Shown here in pieces: positions 19,164 to 29,095 of a stretch of DNA of 64,000 nt. This stretch comes from Patescibacteria group bacterium (lineage in GTDB: Bacteria; Patescibacteriota; Minisyncoccia; UBA6257; 2-01-FULL-56-20). Positions within the stretch are counted from its first letter, which is position 1; each line of letters begins with the position of its first letter. The DNA lies in assembly GCA_024654525.1 (NCBI GenBank), contig JANLHI010000002.1:16496-80495 (forward strand), read 5' to 3'. Position numbers and translations under genes: made by a program. The notes below the pieces were generated by a model that saw only the letters and a program-made list of their open reading frames with translations, ran no database searches and had not been told where the DNA came from.

Positions 19164-19793
19164 GTGACGAAATTTATCATCGGTATTGATGAAGTGGGGC
19201 GCGGAGCGCTTGCGGGCCCGGTTGAAGTGGCGGCGGTATACACAAGGAAGGGAATAAGGATTAAGGAGAAAGGACTGGGTATGTTACGGGATTCGAAGAA
19301 GCTTACTGCAAAAAAACGCGAGCAGTGGGCTGAATATATTAAAAATAATCCAAAAATTATATTTGCAACCGCGCGCGTGTATCCGCGCGGAGTGGAGAAA
19401 ATGAATATTGCTCGGGCAACGAATGAAGCGGCGCTTCGGGCATATGAGAAGCTTGTTGCAAATAACGAATTGCGAATAGCGAATTTCGCAGTGTTTCTGG
19501 ATGGCGGGCTTTACCTTGGGAATGGATGTCAGCCGAAAAATGCGAAGACAGTGGTCCGAGGTGATGAAAAATTCATCGCAGTGAAGCTGGCTTCGATTAT
19601 GGCAAAGGTTTCGAGGGATCGATATATGACAAGGCTTGATATGAGATACCCGCAGTATGGGTTTGCGGTGCATAAAGGATATGGCACGAAAGCGCATATT
19701 GCCGCGTTAAAGAAATACGGGGTGAGTACGACGCACCGATTGACGTTTCTCAAGAAATACCCTACTATGCAACAAGTGATAAGGAAAAAGTAG
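19164..19793 (+). CDS. rnhB: Ribonuclease HII
   Basis: GIDEVGRGALAGP, DSKKL, ASIMAKVSRD, HKGYGT; GTG start chosen 6 nt after a -10 box. Confidence 0.95.
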   Translation: MTKFIIGIDEVGRGALAGPVEVAAVYTRKGIRIKEKGLGMLRDSKKLTAKKREQWAEYIKNNPKIIFATARVYPRGVEKMNIARATNEAALRAYEKLVANNELRIANFAVFLDGGLYLGNGCQPKNAKTVVRGDEKFIAVKLASIMAKVSRDRYMTRLDMRYPQYGFAVHKGYGTKAHIAALKKYGVSTTHRLTFLKKYPTMQQVIRKK

Positions 19794-19829
19794 CAGGTTG
19801 TGATTTCTGCTGTATCACTTTTTAACTCT

Positions 19830-19982
19830 ATGGGAGGCGTTCCAACAAAACATCATAGTAAAGGGAAAGTAGGCCGGAGACGGTCTCATTTGGCGCTCAA
19901 GAAAAAGAAGATTCTTGTATGCGCGTCATGCAAAGGCCCCAAGCTTACTCACCGAACGTGCAAGCAGTGTGGAAAGAAATAG
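19830..19982 (+). CDS. rpmF: 50S ribosomal protein L32
   Basis: VPTKHHSK...RRRSH...CASC...HRTCKQCG. Confidence 0.92.
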   Translation: MGGVPTKHHSKGKVGRRRSHLALKKKKILVCASCKGPKLTHRTCKQCGKK

Positions 19983-19987
19983 AAGAA

Positions 19988-20080
19988 GTTCAAATTTCAA
20001 AATTCAAAAATGAAAATTAAAGTGTTTGCGGAGCACGCTCATCCATTTTGCACTTTGATGTTTCCGTTTTAAACTTTCAT
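19988..20080. repeat. Intergenic 7-mer-repeat hairpin
   Basis: ttcaaat ttcaaaa ttcaaaa atgaaaa ttaaagt ... attttgc actttga tgtttcc gttttaa actttca. Confidence 0.7.
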
Positions 20081-20081
20081 T

Positions 20082-20567
20082 ATGGCTACTCGGCACCTTG
20101 TAAGAACAGTGATTCTCCAGTCCCTTTATGAATGGGATTTTTATCATAAAGAGAAGGATATTATTGCGATTCTTGAGAGAAATCTCCAAGAATTCGCGTC
20201 GGGCATAGACGAGCCCGATTTTGCGTGGAGAATTTTAAAAGGTCTCGTGGAGCATTTGCGCGAGATAGACGAAATAATTGTGCGTGTTGCGCCAGAATGG
20301 CCTCTTGATAAAGTTGCCATAATTGACAGGAATATTCTTCGAATAGGGCTTTACGAATTGATGTACGCGAATCCCGAAGAAGTACCTCCCAAAGTCGCTA
20401 TTAATGAAGCGATTGAAGTTGCAAAAAATTACGGCGGTCCAAGCTCTGCGCGATTTGTAAACGGCGTATTGGGTACGGTCTATCGCGAGGTGCAAGCGAA
20501 GCGCGGTGATGTGGTTTCCGAAGTACCTGTCGCGCCGAAACGTAAGAAACGGAAAGATGCAAAATAG
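20082..20567 (+). CDS. nusB: Transcription antitermination factor NusB
   Basis: [29 protein letters not shown]. Confidence 0.95.
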   Translation: MATRHLVRTVILQSLYEWDFYHKEKDIIAILERNLQEFASGIDEPDFAWRILKGLVEHLREIDEIIVRVAPEWPLDKVAIIDRNILRIGLYELMYANPEEVPPKVAINEAIEVAKNYGGPSSARFVNGVLGTVYREVQAKRGDVVSEVPVAPKRKKRKDAK

Positions 20568-21252
20568 TCCCGATACACAAGCTCTCGAAACAGCAATTGG
20601 CGTTCCAATCGGGAACGTTGATTTATACTACGCGGCGCTCACGCATCGTTCCTATTTAAATGAAGAACCTCATTGGCCTCATGGGCATAACGAACGGCTG
20701 GAGTATCTTGGAGATGCGGTGTTGGAGCTTGTGGTGAGCGAGGATCTCTATTTAAAATTTCCCGATGATCCGGAAGGGAAACTTACACTTCTTCGCGCGG
20801 CGCTCGTAAACTACCAATTTCTTGCACGCGTGGCGGAAGATATCAATCTTAACAGCTTTCTCCTTATGTCGCGTGGTGAAAACAGAGATGTAGGAAAGGC
20901 GCGCGAAGTTATTTTGGCGAACGCGATGGAAGCGCTTATCGGCGCAATTTATCTTGACCAAGGGCTTGGTGAAGCAAAAAAATTCATTGATCGTTTCGTC
21001 ATGGTAAGTCTTGGTGAGATTGTGAGAAATGGAAGTTATAAAGATGCGAAAAGTGAGCTTCAAGAACTGATTCAAGAAAAGAAAAAAGTAACTCCTTCAT
21101 ATCGGGTACTTGATGAAAACGGCCCTGCGCATAAAAGAACATTCCGAATAGGAGTGTATTTTGGTGAAGATCTTATTGCCGAAGGAGAAGGACTGTCAAA
21201 GCAAGAGGGAGAGGTTGAAGCGGCGCGAAAAGCGTTAGAGAAGGTGAGATAG
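20557..21252 (+). CDS. rnc: Ribonuclease III
   Basis: [20 protein letters not shown]-terminal dsRNA-binding domain. Confidence 0.96.
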   Translation: MQNSPDTQALETAIGVPIGNVDLYYAALTHRSYLNEEPHWPHGHNERLEYLGDAVLELVVSEDLYLKFPDDPEGKLTLLRAALVNYQFLARVAEDINLNSFLLMSRGENRDVGKAREVILANAMEALIGAIYLDQGLGEAKKFIDRFVMVSLGEIVRNGSYKDAKSELQELIQEKKKVTPSYRVLDENGPAHKRTFRIGVYFGEDLIAEGEGLSKQEGEVEAARKALEKVR

Positions 21253-21376
21253 TGAGACATTCAAAAAATAAATTCCCAATGGTATATTAGTGCTAAAGTT
21301 CAAATTGTTACGGGTGGTCTTTTGGAGTTTTGAAATTGGTTTAATAGGTAAGCGTTGAAGTTTGGATTTTCCTACC

Positions 21377-23599
21377 ATGCATTTACTTAAGCGTCTTGAA
21401 CTAAATGGTTTTAAATCGTTTGCGGGAAAGACCGTGCTTGATTTTCCGAACGGTATTACTGCGATTGTTGGGCCGAACGGTTCGGGAAAGTCGAATGTGG
21501 TTGATGCAATTCGATGGCTTCTCGGTGAGCGTGACGCAAAACACCTTCGTGGTGGGAAAGTGGAAGATCTGATTTTTGCGGGAACTCCGGATCGCCCGCG
21601 TGCGGGACTTGCACAGGCGAGTCTGCATTTCGATAACGAGAAAAAGTTTTTTCCGCTTGATACTGCGGAAGTCACGGTAAGCCGAGAAGTTGCTCGTGAC
21701 GGAACAAGTAAATATTTTTTGAATAAAGCGGAGGTGTTGTTGCGCGATCTTGTGGATTTTTTTGCACAGGCACGTTTGGGAAGTCGGGGAATCGTGGTGG
21801 TAACGCAGGGGAATAGCGATCTTTTTATACGTGCCGAGCCGAAAGTCCGACGCGAGATGATTGAGGAAATTTTGGGTCTTCGCGAATACCAGATTAAAAA
21901 AGCGGATGCGGAACGCCGTCTTGGACAAAGCGAGGATAATTTACGCAAGGCACACGCGCTTATTGATGAGATTCTTCCTCATCTCCGCTCGTTGCGCAGA
22001 CAGGCAACACGATGGGAAAAGAGAGGTGCGTGTGAAGAAGAACTTCGTACGCTCGAGAATCACTATTTCGGAGAGTCGTGGAAAGACATTGCAGTGCAAT
22101 CGTCTGTGCTCGAGGAAGAGATGAAACAGCATAATGTGCGGGGAGAAACGTTGCAACGCGAGCTTTCTGATGCCGAAAAAAAAGAAAAAGATATCGAGAA
22201 AAGTCAGCCGGAGGAAAGAAAGGAACTCGCTTCATTGCGCGAAGAAATGCGCGCTATTCTCGAGAAGAAAAGCATAATGGAAAAAAATGTGGCGCGTCTT
22301 GAAGCGCAAGCGGAAATTGTGTCTCATGACGAATCGGATGATGAATTTCTTCCTTCCGGGGAGATAATGAAAGTGGTACAGCGAGTGCGTGACATGTTAC
22401 TTGCGGCAGAAGATGCCGATGTAGAGGCATTGCAGACCACAATCCAATCCGCGCTTGATGAATTCGAGACGCTGTTTGCAAGTCATGTAAAGAAGAAAAA
22501 ACCGGCAACAGATGCGCCGTCGAATGTAATGCACGAAGAATTGCAAAAGGTTACGGATGCGCTTTCGGTACTCAGTAAGGAACTCAATGCATTTCGCGCA
22601 AAAGAGCAGGAACTTGAAAAAGGACAAGAGGATTTTTATAAGATATTCACTGCGGCAGTGCGCGAAGTGGAACGTATTCGCAAAGAACTGCATGCATGGG
22701 AGGCGGTGCGTCAGGATAAACTTCTTCGCAAAGAACGCCATACTTTCCAGCGCGAAGAATTGCGCCGTCAGATGTGGCAAGCAGGGAGAAAGCCCGAAGA
22801 GTTTGACGGTGGGGAAAAAGTGGAGAATATGACATATAGCCGAGATGAAGCGGAAAGAAAAATGTTGCGTTTGCGCGGAGAACTTGCGGCAATCGGCGAG
22901 ATTGACGAGGCGGTGATGAAAGAAGCGAAAGAGACGGAATCGCGGTATGAATTTTTGACGCATGAAGCGGAAGATCTGAAAAAAGCGGTGGGCGATTTAA
23001 GGAATCTTATTCGCGAACTTTCGGATAAAATACGAACGGAATTCGGTGGCGCACTCCACACCATCAATGACGAGTTCAAAAAGTTTTTTGGATTAATGTT
23101 TGACGGGGGAAGCGCGAAATTAAAAATCCAAAAACAAAAACTTAAAAGTTATTCTGAGAAAGAAGAGAGTCAGACCGGCAATTCTGAAAGCAAGGAGTCG
23201 GAATCAGGACTTCACCCCGGGGAGTTTATCGAAGAGGATCAGGAAGAGGGAATTGAGATTGAGTTTAAGCTCCCTCGAAAACGGGCAAATTCACTTGATG
23301 TACTCTCGGGCGGTGAGCGAAGTTTGGTGGGACTTGCCGCGCTTTTTGCGCTGATTTCAGTGAGCCCCCCGCCATTTTTAGTGCTCGATGAAATTGATGC
23401 CGCGCTTGATGAGCGAAATGCGCGTCGTTTCGCCGATTTACTCAAGGAGTTTGCACGAAAGACGCAATTTATCGTAGTAACGCACAACCGTGCAACCATG
23501 GAGTCTGCAAACGTACTTTATGGGGTAACACTTGGTCCCGATGGCACCTCGAAAGTGCTTTCGTTATCGCTTGAAAAAGGAGTAGCGCAAGTTTCATGA
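21377..23599 (+). CDS. smc: Short SMC-family ATPase (740 aa)
   Basis: GFKSFA, GPNGSGKSN, LSGGE, LDEIDAALD; coiled coils; no recognisable hinge. Confidence 0.85.
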   Translation: MHLLKRLELNGFKSFAGKTVLDFPNGITAIVGPNGSGKSNVVDAIRWLLGERDAKHLRGGKVEDLIFAGTPDRPRAGLAQASLHFDNEKKFFPLDTAEVTVSREVARDGTSKYFLNKAEVLLRDLVDFFAQARLGSRGIVVVTQGNSDLFIRAEPKVRREMIEEILGLREYQIKKADAERRLGQSEDNLRKAHALIDEILPHLRSLRRQATRWEKRGACEEELRTLENHYFGESWKDIAVQSSVLEEEMKQHNVRGETLQRELSDAEKKEKDIEKSQPEERKELASLREEMRAILEKKSIMEKNVARLEAQAEIVSHDESDDEFLPSGEIMKVVQRVRDMLLAAEDADVEALQTTIQSALDEFETLFASHVKKKKPATDAPSNVMHEELQKVTDALSVLSKELNAFRAKEQELEKGQEDFYKIFTAAVREVERIRKELHAWEAVRQDKLLRKERHTFQREELRRQMWQAGRKPEEFDGGEKVENMTYSRDEAERKMLRLRGELAAIGEIDEAVMKEAKETESRYEFLTHEAEDLKKAVGDLRNLIRELSDKIRTEFGGALHTINDEFKKFFGLMFDGGSAKLKIQKQKLKSYSEKEESQTGNSESKESESGLHPGEFIEEDQEEGIEIEFKLPRKRANSLDVLSGGERSLVGLAALFALISVSPPPFLVLDEIDAALDERNARRFADLLKEFARKTQFIVVTHNRATMESANVLYGVTLGPDGTSKVLSLSLEKGVAQVS

Positions 23600-24300
23600 A
23601 TATTCCGCGACATATTCTCATTATTCCCGATGGCAATCGTAGATGGGCGCGCGCGAAAAATAAACCCGCGCATATGGGGCATCTTGAGGGCGTGCGAATT
23701 ACCGGCGCGATATTGAAAGAAACGCTGAATCTTGGAGTAACCACAATCACTATATGGGGCGCTTCGGAAAAAAACCTCACCAAACGTTCGCGACAGGAAG
23801 TTGCGTTTCTTGGAAAAATATTCAAAATTTATTTCACAAAACTTCTGAAAGAATCTGATCTGGAAAAATATGATGTACGTATTCGTGCGCTTGGGAAATG
23901 GAAAGAGCTTTTGCCTCAATCGGTTTCTGCCACGGTACAAAAATGCATTGATACCACAAAAACACACAAAACTCGCTCGCTCACATTCCTTCTTGGTTAC
24001 AATGGTAAGGATGAAATGAGAAATGCGATAGCGGATATTGCGGCGGAAAAGCTCAAGAATCCAAAGATAAAAATCAGGGAAGATGACATTAAAAAGTATC
24101 TTTGGACAAAGGATTTACCGCCGGTGGATTTAGTAATTCGTACGGGAGGAGAACCGCATCTTTCCACAGGAGTAATGATGTGGGATATTGCCGATGCGCG
24201 ATTTTATTTCACCGAAACATTTTGGCCCGCATTCACGCCAAAAGAATTAAGAAAAGCGGTGGATGAGTACTCGCGTCTTGAAAAGCGTGATGGCGCGTGA
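23596..24300 (+). CDS. uppS: Undecaprenyl diphosphate synthase
   Basis: PRHILIIPDGNRRWA, DLVIRTGGE, FWP. Confidence 0.95.
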   Translation: MNIPRHILIIPDGNRRWARAKNKPAHMGHLEGVRITGAILKETLNLGVTTITIWGASEKNLTKRSRQEVAFLGKIFKIYFTKLLKESDLEKYDVRIRALGKWKELLPQSVSATVQKCIDTTKTHKTRSLTFLLGYNGKDEMRNAIADIAAEKLKNPKIKIREDDIKKYLWTKDLPPVDLVIRTGGEPHLSTGVMMWDIADARFYFTETFWPAFTPKELRKAVDEYSRLEKRDGA

Positions 24301-24345
24301 GTTGCGAAAGTGTTCTTTTTGGCTACAATGTGAGCGGTAGAGAAA

Positions 24346-24419
24346 GGGCCCATAGTTAAGTGGTATAACGGCGCATTCGCATTGCGCAGGCGGGAGTTCG
24401 ATTCTCCCTGGGTCCACCA
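24346..24419 (+). tRNA. tRNA-Ala(CGC)
   Basis: Acceptor gggccca/tgggtcc with G3:U70, anticodon arm gcgca-ttCGCat-tgcgc, encoded CCA. Confidence 0.96.
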
Positions 24420-24528
24420 AATGATAATTTTCGAGAGCGTTGTGCTGATTTAATTCGTAAACTAGGCCTAATTTGGCAGTTCTAATTTGTATCACTACTG
24501 AAAAGCCACGTGTTATCCACACTTCAGG

Positions 24529-24602
24529 TTTGTTTATATTACTTGACCTGATGTAAGCAAAGGAGTATACTTTGTTTACATTGATAAAAAGATGTAAGCA
24601 AA
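24529..24602 (+). promoter_or_regulatory. Fic gene promoter overlapped by two inverted-repeat operators
   Basis: TTGACC-17-TATACT; tttgtttayat...atgtaagcaaa pairs at 24529-24561 and 24571-24602. Confidence 0.7.
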
Positions 24603-24603
24603 C

Positions 24604-25746
24604 ATGAAATCACTAGATATCGGCCAGTTAAAAGATCAAAAAGAAGGCTTTAAAGCTTTCGTTCCCAACCCTTTTCCTCCAAAGGGCGGTTTTGAGTTTG
24701 ACCCGAAAATTCTGAAGAAAAGCGACGAGGCGACGCGCCTCTTGGGTAAACTCGACGGTATCACCAAACTCCTTCCCGATGTCGATTTTTTCTTGAGTAT
24801 GTACCTGCGCAAGGACGCCGCATCATCAAGTCAAATCGAAGGGACGATGGCCACGATGATTGACGCCATCGAAGCCGAAGTCCAAGCAAGCGCGAATATT
24901 CCGGAAGATGTTGATGACATTCTGCATTACATCAAGGCGCTGAACTACGGGATGAAGCGCGTACAGCAAGACGACTTTCCGATGGCTCTCCGTTTTGTAA
25001 GAGAGTTACATAAGCAATTGATGGACAAGGCTCGAACGACTCATTATTCCGACCCAGGAGAATTCAGAAAATCACAGAACTGGATTGGTGGTACTCGTCC
25101 TGACAATGCACGCTTCGTGCCTCCCCCTGTCGAAGAAATGCATGTTGCCTTGAATGATCTTGAGAAATTTATGCATTCGAGTGATGACATTCTCACGATC
25201 ATCAAAGCGGCGCTTATACACGCGCAATTCGAAACGATTCACCCATTTCTCGATGGTAACGGTAGAACCGGTCGTATGCTCATAACGTTCTATCTTTGGA
25301 AAGAAGGTTATCTGGAGAAACCGGCATTGTTCCTGTCCTCCTACTTCAAGAAGCATCAAAAAGTCTATTACGAAAGACTGTTCGGCTATCACTTTGGAAG
25401 TGTTTCCGATTGGGTAGATTTCTTTCTTGATGGTGTCATTGAGATCGCCGGTGAGGCAATCGACATTGTCGGAAAGATCACGACACTTCGTGAAAAAGAC
25501 ATGCTCAAAGTACAGACTCTCGGCAAACGCTCGTCAGAGAGCGCGGCTTTGGTATTGCCAAAACTTTACGAACAGCCGATCGTCAACGTTGCGACGGTTC
25601 AAAAATGGACCGGTTTTTCCCGAGTTGGCTCCCAGTCGGTGATCAATCGATTTATCGAGATGGGTATCCTTACTCCCAAGGATAAGGATAAGAAATACGG
25701 GCAATCGTATATCTATAAAAAATACATAGATATATTTGCTGAATAA
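24604..25746 (+). CDS. Fic family protein with N-terminal helical domain and C-terminal HTH-like region
   Basis: SSQIEG inhibitory-type motif; HPFLDGNGRTGR catalytic motif. Confidence 0.93.
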   Translation: MKSLDIGQLKDQKEGFKAFVPNPFPPKGGFEFDPKILKKSDEATRLLGKLDGITKLLPDVDFFLSMYLRKDAASSSQIEGTMATMIDAIEAEVQASANIPEDVDDILHYIKALNYGMKRVQQDDFPMALRFVRELHKQLMDKARTTHYSDPGEFRKSQNWIGGTRPDNARFVPPPVEEMHVALNDLEKFMHSSDDILTIIKAALIHAQFETIHPFLDGNGRTGRMLITFYLWKEGYLEKPALFLSSYFKKHQKVYYERLFGYHFGSVSDWVDFFLDGVIEIAGEAIDIVGKITTLREKDMLKVQTLGKRSSESAALVLPKLYEQPIVNVATVQKWTGFSRVGSQSVINRFIEMGILTPKDKDKKYGQSYIYKKYIDIFAE

Positions 25747-25751
25747 TTCAG

Positions 25752-26207
25752 ATGACACACGACATCATCAAAAACTTAATATTCGTGGATTGCGAGGGAC
25801 ACGGACCGGCACCGACACTGAATGATTCGGTGGGTTTTGAATTTGGCGCGGTTGCGCACCCTTCAAAGCAGACATTCCACGGAATCGGGGCAACAAAAGA
25901 GACATTTGAGGATTTCGACAAATGGATTTCATCCGTGGTAGAGAAAGGATTCAGGCCGCTGTTTGTGAGCGACAATCCGGCCTATGACTGGCAGTTCATA
26001 AACTATTATTTCCACCTGCATCTCGGCAGAAACCCGTTCGGCCATTCGGCAAGAAGGATCGGCGATTTTTACGCCGGACTCGTTGGCAACTTCACTGATG
26101 GGAGTTCATGGAAAAAGCTACGGGTTACGGTGCATGACCACAATCCCGTAAACGATGCGATGGGTAATCTCGAAGCGTTCGAGAGGATATTAAGCGGAGA
26201 AAGATAA
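25752..26207 (+). CDS. DEDDh-type 3'-5' exonuclease-like protein
   Basis: FVDCEG, SDNPAYDW, HNPVNDA motifs. Confidence 0.7.
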   Translation: MTHDIIKNLIFVDCEGHGPAPTLNDSVGFEFGAVAHPSKQTFHGIGATKETFEDFDKWISSVVEKGFRPLFVSDNPAYDWQFINYYFHLHLGRNPFGHSARRIGDFYAGLVGNFTDGSSWKKLRVTVHDHNPVNDAMGNLEAFERILSGER

Positions 26208-26260
26208 AATATATGCCAAAGGAAATCGCCAAGAAAACTAAAGAAGAAGTATAATTACAT

Positions 26261-28216
26261 ATGAAAAATATCTTTGAACAATTAGTAGATTTATTAAAAA
26301 AAGATGAGCGCCTTGTTTCGCAAGACGGCGTGCTTTTGAAAAATCAAGTGCAGGAATTGGCTAGGAAAAATGATCCAGCTTTGATTAAGCTTTTACTTTC
26401 CGACAAGGCGATAAAACAGCACTTCTTTTTTGAAGTAGAAAAAACGCTGATTTTTGATAAAGAAAAGTTTATCCGCTTTGTTTCTAATAAACAATTTTTA
26501 CCGGATTCCTATACTGCGTTTAAAAATAAAATCGGCTTAACTGCTGGCGATGAATATGTGAGCGAAAACAAAGAAGTGGTTTTAACTTGGCCTTATAAGG
26601 ATTGTGTTTTGGAAGGCGGAATGACCAAAGAAGACCAAAAGAGGGATGAGATTTTTTATAATGAAACATTAGCGCCGGACGATATCAATCGCCTACTGGA
26701 CGCCAAAGTTTTTACCAATTTCAAACGGATAGACAAAAAAGGCGAACACAAACTGGACGGCTTCAAGCGCGATGAAAAAGGTACGATTAAAGACAATTTG
26801 ATTATTAAAGGCAACAACTTGCTCGCGCTTGCTTCACTTAAAAAAGAATTCGTCGGAAAAGTGAAGCTGATTTACATTGATCCGCCGTATAACACAGGTG
26901 ATGACGGATTTAATTATAACGATACATTCAACCATTCAACATGGATGACCTTCTTAAAAAATCGATTGGAAATAGCTAGAAAAATGCTGACCAAAGATGG
27001 ATCGATTTTTATCCAAATTAATGATATCGAAGAAGCATATCTAAAGGTGTTATGTGATGAGGTTTTTACTCGGGAAAACTTTCATACGAGCATATGCGTG
27101 CAAATGTCTCATTTGAGCGGAGTAAAAATGGCGCACAAAGATAAGAAATTACCTAAAATTAAAGAGTATGTCTTATTTTATACAAACTCACCAAAGATTA
27201 AATTAAACCCACAATATGTTCCAGCTAGTTGGGATGAAGCACTAGAGCGATATTCTTCATTCGTAGTTAAAGAAAATTATACTGATGATGAGTGTGAAAA
27301 ATGGAAGATTATTCCACTAAACAAAGCGATCAAAGATAGTGGCGTTGATATAAAAGACAAAAAGGCAGTAACTGATTTCAAATTAAAAAATGCAGACTTA
27401 ATATTTAGAACTGCAAGAAATAGAGGGGCAGATTATTCAGCATACAATCCTAATTGTTTTAATAAAGTCACCAACCCCGACGAATCATATTATTTTGTTT
27501 ATAAAGGAGAAGATATAAGTTTTGCAGCGGACAAGGTTATTTCTATAAACGGTAAATTGACTCCAGTTGTTGCTTTGGGGGATATTTGGACCGATATCGG
27601 AATAAATAATCTATCAAATGAAGGTGGTGTGGATTTAAGATTTGGAAAAAAACCTGAAAAGTTGATAGAACGAATAATTAAGCTAATATCTAATTCAGAC
27701 GATGATATTATCGTGGATTTTTTTAGTGGATCAGGAACTACCGGTGCTGTTGCTCATAAATTGAAAAAGCGATATATCCTCATTGAGCAATTAGCTGATC
27801 ATATTAATAAATCTATTGCAAGAATTAAGAATGTAATCAAAGGTGAACAAAGTGGGATAAGTAAAGATAATGATTGGAAAGGTGGCGGAGATTTTGTCTA
27901 TATGGAACTTGCTAAATGGAATGAGGAATGGATAGAAAAAATTGAAAAAGCCAAAACCGGCAAAGAACTCGCTAAACTTTGGGATGAGATGAAAGAAACC
28001 GTCTTTTTGAGCTACAAAGTCGATCCGACAAATGTTGATGCAAATGCCAAAGATTTTGCGGAATTATCTATTGCCGATCAAAAGAAATTTTTGATTGAGT
28101 GCTTGGATAAAAATCAGCTTTATGTAAATTTGAGCGAGATTGAGGATAGAGAGTATGGGGTGAGTAAAGAGGATATAAAGTTAAATAAAGAGTTTTATGA
28201 AAAAGATAGCTTTTAA
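26261..28216 (+). CDS. mod: Type III R-M methyltransferase (Mod)
   Basis: NLIIKGNNL, IYIDPPYNTG, KKPEKL, DFFSGSGTT. Confidence 0.93.
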   Translation: MKNIFEQLVDLLKKDERLVSQDGVLLKNQVQELARKNDPALIKLLLSDKAIKQHFFFEVEKTLIFDKEKFIRFVSNKQFLPDSYTAFKNKIGLTAGDEYVSENKEVVLTWPYKDCVLEGGMTKEDQKRDEIFYNETLAPDDINRLLDAKVFTNFKRIDKKGEHKLDGFKRDEKGTIKDNLIIKGNNLLALASLKKEFVGKVKLIYIDPPYNTGDDGFNYNDTFNHSTWMTFLKNRLEIARKMLTKDGSIFIQINDIEEAYLKVLCDEVFTRENFHTSICVQMSHLSGVKMAHKDKKLPKIKEYVLFYTNSPKIKLNPQYVPASWDEALERYSSFVVKENYTDDECEKWKIIPLNKAIKDSGVDIKDKKAVTDFKLKNADLIFRTARNRGADYSAYNPNCFNKVTNPDESYYFVYKGEDISFAADKVISINGKLTPVVALGDIWTDIGINNLSNEGGVDLRFGKKPEKLIERIIKLISNSDDDIIVDFFSGSGTTGAVAHKLKKRYILIEQLADHINKSIARIKNVIKGEQSGISKDNDWKGGGDFVYMELAKWNEEWIEKIEKAKTGKELAKLWDEMKETVFLSYKVDPTNVDANAKDFAELSIADQKKFLIECLDKNQLYVNLSEIEDREYGVSKEDIKLNKEFYEKDSF

Positions 28217-28826
28217 AACTTACGAACAAATAAAAAATCTACTCCGGATAACAGGGTACTTATTCTGGTGGATCATACCCTTTGCTTTATTTATACTGGC
28301 CACATATTTACCGAAATTTATTTGGAATATTAGTTTTAATGACTATTTAAATTTTATAAAGATTCTAGTCTGGCCCATATCAGCCTTGATTATTTTATTT
28401 TTCTTTAAAAAGGTGATAACTTACCTTTTCTTTTCCATTGATGGCTTTAATTTTTTTGGCGCCAAAGGAGAAATAAAAAATGTATATGACCTAATAACGG
28501 AAAAAGTCAACGAAAGATTTGAAAATGAAAAAAGAGAGGCCGCAAGAGAAACCGAGGTAAATAGACTACAAAGAGAAATTGAAACAAATTCAGGAAGGGC
28601 GGATGAAAATTTAAAGACTGCAAAGGAGATTTTAGCAGAATGGAAAAAATCTAACACGGATAATAAGAGACTTTTGGAGGAAAATAAGCAACTAAGGGAC
28701 GCAATTGAGAGAAAAAATCAATACTCTGGCAATTTTCCGCCTGTTTCTGGAGAGTCAGAACTTGGTACTGGTAATAAGGTTGATAATAGTCAACCCGTGG
28801 CTCCTTCCAATGAAGAAAAAATATGA
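28197..28826 (+). CDS. Hypothetical membrane protein with coiled-coil tail
   Basis: Two TM segments (WP motif) followed by a charged coiled coil; overlaps both neighbours. Confidence 0.7.
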   Translation: MKKIAFKTYEQIKNLLRITGYLFWWIIPFALFILATYLPKFIWNISFNDYLNFIKILVWPISALIILFFFKKVITYLFFSIDGFNFFGAKGEIKNVYDLITEKVNERFENEKREAARETEVNRLQREIETNSGRADENLKTAKEILAEWKKSNTDNKRLLEENKQLRDAIERKNQYSGNFPPVSGESELGTGNKVDNSQPVAPSNEEKI

Positions 28827-29089
28827 ATAAATATTTAATAACTTACGATTTGAAAAATAAGTCCATAAGGGATTACCAATCACTTTTTATTGCCATAAAA
28901 AGTCTTGGCCCATGGTGGCATTATTTAGAGTCAACATGGATTGTTAAAACTAATTTAAATTCCCAACAAATATGGAATACTTTAGGCCAACACTTACTCA
29001 CAAATGACCATATTTTAGTTGTAAAAATTGATAATAGTGATAAGTGGGGATGGTTACCACAAGATGCATGGAATTGGCTAAACACATAA
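28823..29089 (+). CDS. Small protein with Cas2/VapD-like ferredoxin-fold signature
   Basis: YLITYDL start, ESTWIV; ATGA coupling to the upstream gene. Confidence 0.65.
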   Translation: MNKYLITYDLKNKSIRDYQSLFIAIKSLGPWWHYLESTWIVKTNLNSQQIWNTLGQHLLTNDHILVVKIDNSDKWGWLPQDAWNWLNT

Positions 29090-29095
29090 TAAATT

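Noticed and set aside
26261..28216. Phase-variable mod gene
   Set aside because: No simple-sequence repeat tract seen in the gene or promoter
28823..29089. CRISPR-Cas locus
   Set aside because: No repeat-spacer array and no cas1 or other cas genes in the window
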